Below, one piece after another: positions 28,505 through 35,582 of a DNA stretch of 35,582 bases. Under the pieces are notes generated by a model that did no database searches, was not told where the DNA came from, and saw only the letters and a list, made by a program, of their open reading frames with translations. Every line of letters starts with the position of its first letter. Position 1 is the stretch's first letter. A program made the translations under genes and the position numbers. Location: sequence record SRR20825015_384; one strand, given 5' to 3'.

Positions 28505-29638
28505 ATGCATGATGACATTCTGGACACCATTGAGAGTTTCTATGCCTGCGTCGGAGAGACTTTCGATTTTGATACTGCTCTGTCGCGGTTCAGTCGCGCT
28601 ACGGACGAAACTTCTTATTGTCTGCTCGATTTCAAACTGAGTGGCCCGCACACGTTATTCAGCTTCGTCGGTTTTCCTGACGAGGCGATGCTAACCATGC
28701 TCAAACGGCAGTGGACTAGCGAAAATCATGGCATTTACGGCAATTTCTCCAAGATCCCGAACGGTATTCCCTTACTGCATCGCGCGGTCGAATCCGATGA
28801 CTCCTATTACCGCTCGGAGCTCTACAAGCTTGCGATGGCGCCCTGGGGGTTGCATTCCATTGGTGTCTGCTTCCTGAAAAAGAACGCCCAGGGCGGCTTG
28901 ATAAACGGCTTCGGGCGCAAGCCTGATCAGGCCGAAATTGGTCCCGAGCTGCTGGCGCTCATGTCGGTGCTGAACAACCACCTTTTGAGGGCGATCAACC
29001 TCAATTGGCGAATGGACCGGATCGAGACAGCGCTGGTTCGAGCGAATAGTGTGCTTGACCTGATCGACTTTGGGCTGGTGCTTTACGGCACGTCGCAATC
29101 TGCAATCTTCGTCAATGCTGCCGCGCGACGGATATTCGAGCAGAAAGACGGCCTGGTACTTGAGAAAACCGGGCTCGTGCCAACAGATCGTGAAGCACAA
29201 CGCGTCTTCACGGCATTGCTTGAAGAGGTACAGCGCGAAGACCAGCCCATGTCTGCACGGGTTGGCGGTGTGGTCAGCGTGCCTCGTCCCTCCAAGAAAA
29301 AGCCCTATGGGCTCATGACGGTCCCGATGAATGGTGCCGGACGGCGGGGCCCCGACGCTGCCGGCACCGCAGTCATGATATTTGATCCGGAGGCCAAGCG
29401 CACCAGTGTGCCGGACCTGTTTGCAAACGCTTATGGATTTACGGGGGCCGAGTCTCGCTTGGCAACAGCCTTAGCGGAAGGAAGCAGCCTTGAGGACTAT
29501 GCCAATGCGAATGGAATATCTCGCAACACCGCCAAGTCGCATCTTCATGCTGTTTTCGCGAAGACAGAGACCTCGCGACAGCATGAGTTGGTAAGCCTGT
29601 TGTTGCGCTCGATGGCTGGTATCAACTTCGACTTCTGA
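28505..29638 (+). CDS. LuxR-type HTH regulator with N-terminal GAF/PAS-like region (copy 1)
   Basis: PAS-like IFVNAAARRIF and C-terminal GFTGAESRLA..LAEG...ISRNTAKSHLHAVFAKT..SRQ.ELV. Confidence 0.88.
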   Translation: MHDDILDTIESFYACVGETFDFDTALSRFSRATDETSYCLLDFKLSGPHTLFSFVGFPDEAMLTMLKRQWTSENHGIYGNFSKIPNGIPLLHRAVESDDSYYRSELYKLAMAPWGLHSIGVCFLKKNAQGGLINGFGRKPDQAEIGPELLALMSVLNNHLLRAINLNWRMDRIETALVRANSVLDLIDFGLVLYGTSQSAIFVNAAARRIFEQKDGLVLEKTGLVPTDREAQRVFTALLEEVQREDQPMSARVGGVVSVPRPSKKKPYGLMTVPMNGAGRRGPDAAGTAVMIFDPEAKRTSVPDLFANAYGFTGAESRLATALAEGSSLEDYANANGISRNTAKSHLHAVFAKTETSRQHELVSLLLRSMAGINFDF

Positions 29639-29752
29639 TTGACAATGAGGGTTTGCTGCCCCGCAACGGCAAAACGCGCTACTATGTCCAGCGTCGGCAG
29701 TTCATGGTCTTACGCGTCGTCGGGCGCGTTCTTTTGGGTGGGAGAACTCGAC

Positions 29753-30901
29753 TTGCAGGACCTCTTGTCTGCAATAGACATCATGTACGATTGCGTTGGT
29801 GATCGATTTGACTACCAAAGAGCTATTGCGGCGCTCGGCCACGGAGCCGACGACACTGCGGTATGCCTGATGGAACTGGACAGGAGTCGATCAAGCTCTG
29901 TGGCGCTGGCATCCTACAATGTGCCAGAGGAATCCGTCAGGGCGCAGGTCCGCTGTACCAAAAGAGCGGATGCCAACACCCTTGTCAGGAACCTGTCCGC
30001 GATCGATGTCCGCGTGCCCGTCCTGCGGCGCAGCTTCGTCTCTGACGAGGAACATTTTGCCAGCGCTCTTTATCGCGAGAGCGGCGCACCCTGGGGCTTT
30101 CATAGCGAGGGCACGTGTATCCTTGAGAAGCAATCTACGGGTGGCGTCATGCTTTACGGCTTTGCCCGGGAGCGCGGGCAGCGGGAAGTCGATCACTTGA
30201 TCCTGTCGCGCATGGCCATCCTTGCGAGCCACATGTGGCGCGCAATGACACTGCAGCGCAGATTGAACAAGCTGGAAGAGGCCGTCGTTCAGGCCAACAA
30301 TGTGCTCGACCTGATTGAATTCGGTCTCGTGCTCTATCAGCCGGACGGCAGCGTGGGGTTTGTCAACCGGGCGGCGCGGCGCATGCTAGGTGACGGAGAC
30401 GGACTTGAATTGCGGACACAGGGGCTCGCGGCCGCAGACCGCAATGCACAGCGTCAGTTGCGTGACATCCTTGATTTCGACAACAAATCATCGCTGCCTC
30501 TGTCGCAGAGAACGGGTAAGATGCTGCGCGTTTCGCGCCCGTCGGGCAGGAAGCCGTACAGCATTCTGGTCACGCCGACCCGTGGTCACTCGGTCTCCGG
30601 TCTCGACGGGGTCAACCTCGCGGTATTTATCTTCGATCCGGATTCTCGAATCGTCAGCACGGTCAATTTGTTCGTGTCATCCTACGATCTTACCCCGGTC
30701 GAGGCGGAACTGGCCCACGCGCTCGCCCAAGGATCCACCCTCGATGAGTTCTCTGCGCGGCGCGGCATAACCCGCAACACCGCGAAATGGCATTTGCGGT
30801 CGATCTTCGAAAAAACGGAGACGTCGCGCCAGCCCGAGTTGGTCAGCCTTTTGCTGCGTTCGGTCGCCGGAGTTAACCTCAACAGCCCTCGATCGGGCTA
30901 G
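29753..30901 (+). CDS. LuxR-type HTH regulator with N-terminal GAF/PAS-like region (copy 2)
   Basis: Paralogue of copy 1 (ANNVLDLIEFGLVLY; ITRNTAKWHLRSIFEKT..SRQ.ELV). The TTG start at 29753 has a GGAG RBS and aligns with the copy 1 N-terminus; the ORF is open from 29639. Confidence 0.86.
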   Translation: MQDLLSAIDIMYDCVGDRFDYQRAIAALGHGADDTAVCLMELDRSRSSSVALASYNVPEESVRAQVRCTKRADANTLVRNLSAIDVRVPVLRRSFVSDEEHFASALYRESGAPWGFHSEGTCILEKQSTGGVMLYGFARERGQREVDHLILSRMAILASHMWRAMTLQRRLNKLEEAVVQANNVLDLIEFGLVLYQPDGSVGFVNRAARRMLGDGDGLELRTQGLAAADRNAQRQLRDILDFDNKSSLPLSQRTGKMLRVSRPSGRKPYSILVTPTRGHSVSGLDGVNLAVFIFDPDSRIVSTVNLFVSSYDLTPVEAELAHALAQGSTLDEFSARRGITRNTAKWHLRSIFEKTETSRQPELVSLLLRSVAGVNLNSPRSG

Positions 30902-30902
30902 G

Positions 30903-30961
30903 CAGTGACGGATCTGGAGCGCGTCTTGCTGAGGCGGAAACGCCCCAAACGACGGTCAATT
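30903..30961. repeat. Junction repeat (inverted pair)
   Basis: CAGTGACGGATCTGGAGCGC (30903; 15/20 identical to the 17707 copy) and minus-strand AATTGACCGTCGTTTGGGGCG (30961-30941). Confidence 0.55.
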
Positions 30962-31119
30962 GGTTTTCGGCCAGGAGCGGGAAGCGCAACGGCGCCTCTG
31001 CGCATAGATCCCGAGAGCCAAGTCAGCGGTCGGCGTTTTGATGCCACGCTTCAACGCCAGCCGAAAGCGCAATGCACTTCCGAGCTGACGGATTTGACCT
31101 GGATTGACCCAGGTCTGCT

Positions 31120-33822
31120 CTAGAAACTCATCTTGAAGCCGAAACTCGCGCTCGCCGCTAGTTCGGTTCCAGTGCCGACTCCGATTTCCGCGCCTGCAGA
31201 CAGCGAAGAAGCATCTGACAGGGCATGAGAGAAATCTGCGGCCACGAATCCACCGATCGAAGATTGCGCGCCGCCCGGATCGAACCCGGTGATCGTTTGC
31301 CCAGCGAGCGTGGCATCGAGTTCGTTGCCACCGGCAACGAACCTGCCGTCGAGACCGGCCCGGACCTCGATCGTCGTGTCGGGCATCCCTACCTCAATAG
31401 GCATCGCCATCTGGATACGCGCATCGATAATGTGCGATGTCCTGCCGGCTACTGTCAGCGAACCAGAGGTCAGCCCGCTCTCGCTGTAATTGCCGGAATG
31501 CACGAGATTGTAGCGCAGCGTCGCGCTCGGCTTCACACTCAGTCCGCCGAGGGTCGTCTCGGTTCCAACCGTAACCTCCGGTGCTATGAAATAGGAGGTG
31601 ACGTCGGCGTTCGCCGTTTCGAGCCCGCCCAGCACCAGGTTATTTGCGACCACGCGCTCGGCATCGCTCGCGCTCACACCACCAGTAAGCGCAAAATCCG
31701 TATAAAAAGTACCCGCGTCGAAGCGGCCATATGCACCGGCGAAGTAGGTGGTGCTGTCGATGCGTGTGCCAGACGCGATCTGGGTTTGCAGCGCGCCAGT
31801 CGCAAGACCGGCGAAGAGACCCGCTCGCGCATCGCCGAGCATGGCGTCACCGCCCAATGCGACCCCGCCGAACGCGTGATCGACGCCGAGCGACGGACCG
31901 TCCGCGCCTGTCCGACTGTAGTTTCCGAAGCCTTTGATCCAGATATTGCGCTCTGATGGCGGTACCCCGCCTTCGAGTGTGCCGCCGAGCAACCCGGATA
32001 CGGCGCCGCTAATGTCTGCGATTGCAGTATCGCTTGCCGCCAGCGCGGAAGTATCGGCAACGGCGACAAGGCCGGTCGCGGCGTCGGTCGCCATCAGTAC
32101 GCCGTAAGTCTCGATTTCCTCGGGCAGTGACTGCTCGAATGTCGTTGCAAGGTTCAGACCCGGCCCGACGAACAGCCGGTCGTTGCCTCCTATGCCACCC
32201 TCAATGTCGATCAGCCCCTGTATGACCGAGCCGGGCAGCAGAGTCAGATCTGTATCGCCGCCAAGATCTTCGAAGATTGCATGACTATTGCCGGTCAGGT
32301 CGGCGAAGATCCGCCCCGAATTGGTCAGGCTATAAAGGACGTCGCTGGCCTCGATCGCCGTCATTTCTCCCGGACCGGTGTTTGTCGCGATGATCGTGCC
32401 CGTATTGATCAGCCCGTCGATGTCGGTCGCGAACAAGGCCACGGGACTCGCCGGACTGTTCTGAGTGACCATGATCACACCGGTATTGGTAAAATTGGTG
32501 AGATTCCTGGAAACAAAGAGGCCGTTGTCTGTTCCCGAAATCGTGCCGTGATTGGCGCTGTCCACGAGGCCTTGGTCGAACGTGCGCACGCCGTCCGTGC
32601 CGCCGGTGATGACACCAGTTATCTCGTTCACGAAACCGGTCGCGTCGCTGCCGAGGTTCAGGTACAGCCCCGTATGGCCGCCGGCAATCGTTCCCGCATT
32701 GGTGAAGTTCGAGAATGTGCCGTTGTTGGAGAGTTGAACGCCGTTCACGAGGCCTGCGATGGTACCGCCCTGCATGTTCGTCACCCGGTCGATTTCACCG
32801 CCATCTACGAGAATTCCGGTTTGCGAGAGACCGGCGATGCGCCCCGAATTGACAACATTTCTGATGTCGCCAATGACCCAGATACCGCGCTGGTCGCCAA
32901 TGATTGCGCCGCTGTCCCCGTTGAGGAGGTTTGCGAGGTCGCCGCCATCCAGAAATATCCCGTTGTTGCCCGAGCCAACGCCATCCCTACCAAGAATCTG
33001 GCCGAAGTTCTGGATATCGAAAAGATCGCCACCACCGAGAAAGATGCCGTTATTGCCCCCCTGAATGAGCCCGCCAGCTTGATTGACCATATTGTCCAGA
33101 TCGCCAGACCCGATCCGAATGCCGGCGAGTCCACCGCCAGCGCCGTCTGTTCCTACAATAAGTCCGGAGTTGTCGAGGTAGGAGATGTCGCCACTATCCA
33201 CCTCGATGCCGTAATCAGCACCACCGATCTCCCATGTGGCCCCGTTGGTCAGTCTTAAAATGTCACCGACACCCACAGAGATGCCGGAAGTCCCTCCTGC
33301 GATGGTGCCGGAGTTGATTGCGTCGGCCAGGTCGCCGCCTGACAGAAAGATCCCGGTTACATCGCCGAGAATGAAGCCAGTGTTGTCGAGACCGAGAATA
33401 TTGTCGTTCTGAGCGAAAATACCGACATCGTCGCCGACGATGGACCCCGTGTTGACGAGGGAGACGATGTCCGCGCCATTCAGCGTGTAGATACCGGCAT
33501 TGTTCGTCCCCCGAATCTCCCCGTGATTGCGAATGATCACGCCAATACTGCCACCCCCGCCATCTGCCTCCACGGGGCTGCCGGCCGCGTTCTCAACCGT
33601 CCCGCCCTGCTCAACGATGAGCGTGTCTCCGTCTACGGTCAGTGGCACATAGTTTATGGCGACGCCGTCCGGCACCACCGTTGTGGAGGCAGCCAACGCA
33701 CCCGAAGCCGTAAGCATTGCGATGGCCGTACCAGCAAGAAGAGACTGCATCTGGCGCCTGGCACCGCGTCGCGAGGTCATCGTTTGGCGAGGAGTGAGGC
33801 GTGCGGTCATAGTCCATCTCAT
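31120..33822 (-). CDS. Type Va autotransporter with beta-helical repeat passenger
   Basis: Extended Arg-rich signal peptide ending GALA-A, about 17 N-x-G-x-I-type repeats, barrel starting NIWIKGFG, and C-terminal FGFKMSF. Start could be 33810. Confidence 0.9.
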   Translation of the reverse strand: MRWTMTARLTPRQTMTSRRGARRQMQSLLAGTAIAMLTASGALAASTTVVPDGVAINYVPLTVDGDTLIVEQGGTVENAAGSPVEADGGGGSIGVIIRNHGEIRGTNNAGIYTLNGADIVSLVNTGSIVGDDVGIFAQNDNILGLDNTGFILGDVTGIFLSGGDLADAINSGTIAGGTSGISVGVGDILRLTNGATWEIGGADYGIEVDSGDISYLDNSGLIVGTDGAGGGLAGIRIGSGDLDNMVNQAGGLIQGGNNGIFLGGGDLFDIQNFGQILGRDGVGSGNNGIFLDGGDLANLLNGDSGAIIGDQRGIWVIGDIRNVVNSGRIAGLSQTGILVDGGEIDRVTNMQGGTIAGLVNGVQLSNNGTFSNFTNAGTIAGGHTGLYLNLGSDATGFVNEITGVITGGTDGVRTFDQGLVDSANHGTISGTDNGLFVSRNLTNFTNTGVIMVTQNSPASPVALFATDIDGLINTGTIIATNTGPGEMTAIEASDVLYSLTNSGRIFADLTGNSHAIFEDLGGDTDLTLLPGSVIQGLIDIEGGIGGNDRLFVGPGLNLATTFEQSLPEEIETYGVLMATDAATGLVAVADTSALAASDTAIADISGAVSGLLGGTLEGGVPPSERNIWIKGFGNYSRTGADGPSLGVDHAFGGVALGGDAMLGDARAGLFAGLATGALQTQIASGTRIDSTTYFAGAYGRFDAGTFYTDFALTGGVSASDAERVVANNLVLGGLETANADVTSYFIAPEVTVGTETTLGGLSVKPSATLRYNLVHSGNYSESGLTSGSLTVAGRTSHIIDARIQMAMPIEVGMPDTTIEVRAGLDGRFVAGGNELDATLAGQTITGFDPGGAQSSIGGFVAADFSHALSDASSLSAGAEIGVGTGTELAASASFGFKMSF

Positions 33823-33882
33823 TTTTTCAGGAGCTGTCGTATCGAAGGGGCCGCGTCACGGAGCGGACGAGTGCCCATCCCG

Positions 33883-33926
33883 CCTTTAAGTTGTTTCAGC
33901 CAGCCGCGCCTCGTACGTTTGGATGG
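33883..33926 (-). promoter_or_regulatory. Operator plus -10-like element for the autotransporter
   Basis: Minus strand CCATCC-AAAC-GTACGA-GGCGCG-N16-TAAAGG. Confidence 0.6.
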
Positions 33927-34070
33927 GGTCGGGTCAAAAAACCTCGGTCGTGTCATCACTTGTGACCGTAAGGCATCAGTGTTGATGCGTGCTTCAGTCG
34001 CCGGACTTTGCCGCCAAAACGACCATTCTGGACGGTGGCAATGACGCAGCCGGTGCTGCACGCGATGGTC

Positions 34071-34105
34071 AAAAAAGATGGGCTGGCGAATTGCCAGCCC
34101 ATCTT
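34071..34105 (-). terminator. Rho-independent terminator after the porin gene
   Basis: Minus strand AAGATGGGCTGGC-AATTC-GCCAGCCCATCTT ending in a 6-T run. Confidence 0.9.
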
Positions 34106-34137
34106 GTTCTCACCAAACCGCGCTGGCCCAGACGGGC

Positions 34138-34926
34138 CTAGAAATGAAAGTTCAGACCGACCTTCACGACGTGGTTCGCGTTGAAATCGAAGTTGGCTGT
34201 ATTCACACCACCGATGCCTCCGATGCCGTCTATCGTCAGGTTGCCCATAAGATCGGTGTAGAGGTATTCAGCCTTGATCGTGATGTCCTCATCAACCGCC
34301 ATTTCGAGTCCGGCACCAAGGGTGTACCCGAGCAGCCAGCCTTCCGTGCGCAGGACAGGCAGAACATCGGAGGCCTGCAGCTCTGCATGGGCGTGTCCCG
34401 CTGCTATGCCCGCGGTCACATAGGCGAGGATATTGCGCTCATCTCCGGTTAGGATGCCGGCGCGTCCGCGCAAGGTGCCCAAGGCATCAATCCCGGCCGC
34501 AACGTATTGTGGCCCAAAGTTGCCGCGGATGCCGGGGGTCGTAGCGCTCGCCCCCATGCCTGCCCAGGCCAGGTCGCCTTCAATGCCGACCAGAATATTG
34601 CGATCATCCTCCGGCGTATCATAGTCGTCTTCGCCAAGCAGGAAGTTGCGTCCGATTGTAATGCCAGCGAGTGGGCCTGAAATATCGAGCGTGCGGTCAA
34701 AAAAACTGACCGGAGCGTCAGTCGTGACATCCACACTTCCCAAGCCGTATCCCACGAAAATGCCGGCATAGAAGCGCTCCCAATCGAACGCCTCCTCTTC
34801 CTCAACCATCAGAACCGGCGGGACATAGACGGCGACAGGCAGGTCTGCCGCTGCTGCGTGTCCCGTGATCCAGAGCGCCAGAACTCCCGATGTCAAAGCC
34901 GCATAGCCAGTTATCCTCAATACCAT
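34138..34926 (-). CDS. Omp25/RopB-family outer membrane beta-barrel protein
   Basis: Signal peptide ending AAA-ADL, FDWERFYAGIFVGY, GIEGD, GTLRGRAG, KAEYLYTD and C-terminal VKVGLNFHF. Confidence 0.9.
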   Translation of the reverse strand: MVLRITGYAALTSGVLALWITGHAAAADLPVAVYVPPVLMVEEEEAFDWERFYAGIFVGYGLGSVDVTTDAPVSFFDRTLDISGPLAGITIGRNFLLGEDDYDTPEDDRNILVGIEGDLAWAGMGASATTPGIRGNFGPQYVAAGIDALGTLRGRAGILTGDERNILAYVTAGIAAGHAHAELQASDVLPVLRTEGWLLGYTLGAGLEMAVDEDITIKAEYLYTDLMGNLTIDGIGGIGGVNTANFDFNANHVVKVGLNFHF

Positions 34927-34990
34927 GTGTTTCCCGTTTCGTTTTCTGCGGAACTCGCGCGCGAATTCAGCCTCTCCAAGAAGTCGGGAA

Positions 34991-35034
34991 AACGTAGGCA
35001 GATCGACTTTTGCGCGCCTCATCCAGACGGATGG
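34991..35034 (-). promoter_or_regulatory. Operator plus -10 element for the porin gene
   Basis: Minus strand CCATCC-GTCT-GGATGA-GGCGCG-N16-TACGTT. Confidence 0.65.
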
Positions 35035-35216
35035 TAAAATGGTGCTGGTGCGCCAGGTGTGATCTAGATGCAACGCATGCGGCAGGGTCTGGAATGGAAT
35101 GCGGAGGCCGTCGTTGGTGGAGCCGCTCTCTGCCAAAGTCACCGGAGCATGTGTGAAGGCGGGCATCGCCTTATGGGAAGGTACAGCCTCGCTTGATCGG
35201 GCTCATACGTGACAGC

Positions 35217-35274
35217 TAACGTCGATTTTTGGCGAGAACCGGTCAGACCACTCACGGCCCCAAATGCGACATGG
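35217..35274. repeat. Junction repeat (inverted pair) at the TetR truncation point
   Basis: TAACGTCGATTTTTGGCGAG (35217) and minus-strand CCATGTCGCATTTGGGGCCG (35274-35255). Confidence 0.5.
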
Positions 35275-35505
35275 GCCACTGTAGAACCCTTAGTGGCCAC
35301 GGCGGTTGCAAAAGTCGATGAGGAGCGCATCCAGGTCGCACAGGCTATCTTGGTCCGGGGCGGGGCTCCGGAATCGACTGCAAGGCCTAGGGCGCAATTG
35401 TTGTACTGGGCCGCAATTGGACGGCTGACGATGCCATTGCTATCGGACAACATCCTGTCGCCAGCCGAGATATCTGACCTTACGCACCTGATGTTGCGGC
35501 GGTGA
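35272..35505 (+). pseudogene. C-terminal remnant of a TetR-family regulator
   Basis: WATVEPLVATAVAKVDEERI...RAQLLYWAAIG resembles TetR C-terminal domains (WA..DP.V...V..VD..R...RA.L.Y); no HTH upstream. Confidence 0.6.
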
Positions 35506-35582
35506 TGATAGAGCAAACGCTGGATCAACCGGCATGGCCGATCTGGGGGGCGTCGTCTGCCACCCGAGAGGTATCCACGGCC

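Noticed and set aside
27949-28530. Short ORFs 27949-28188, 28010-28360, 28169-28483 and 28264-28530
   Set aside because: They overlap each other, lack motifs, and span repeat and operator DNA.
28505-30901. AHL quorum-sensing LuxI/LuxR system
   Set aside because: There is no synthase, and the proteins are ~380 aa with a PAS-like middle region, unlike ~240-aa AHL receptors.
32290-33540. CRISPR array or DNA tandem repeat
   Set aside because: The periodicity is at the protein level inside the autotransporter. No identical DNA repeats with spacers and no cas genes were seen.
34927-35166. 80-aa N-terminal extension of the porin ORF
   Set aside because: The signal peptide begins at 34926, and the extension covers the predicted promoter and operator.
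16780-35274. Classical integron with attC sites
   Set aside because: No intI or other tyrosine recombinase is in the window, no clear RYYYAAC...GTTRRRY boxes were seen, and modules occur in both orientations with their own promoters.

Overview
Alphaproteobacterial chromosomal window (Hyphomicrobiales, possibly Devosia-like; inferred from gene content and repeat type) with two parts. (1) About 1-16.6 kb is housekeeping: serB, miaA, a MATE exporter, DUF423, a glycine-zipper lipoprotein, a cold-shock protein, NUDIX, pit (with a reverse-oriented Pho box), an ilv leader peptide and attenuator, ilvB/ilvN, pdxJ, an FMN reductase, kup, an OYE oxidoreductase, a hydrolase and a TM2 protein. (2) About 16.7-35.6 kb is an accessory mosaic of small self-contained modules: an AAC(3)-family acetyltransferase, TetR+SDR, a sigJ remnant, LysR+AKR+MFS, MerR+SDR, AraC+AKR, a GNAT, two tandem LuxR-HTH regulators, an autotransporter, an Omp25-like porin and a TetR remnant. 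Two signals are not explained by the gene list. First, a degenerate ~20-bp motif family recurs at nearly every module junction in two fixed geometries (direct pair at 34-35 bp, inverted pair spanning 58-59 bp), suggesting an undescribed cassette-like assembly system. Second, a CCATCC-N4-GGATGG operator sits exactly 22 bp upstream of a TA-starting -10-like hexamer before the LuxR pair, the autotransporter and the porin, defining a candidate surface-protein regulon. No recombinase, tRNA, rRNA or CRISPR array was seen. All alignments were made by eye.
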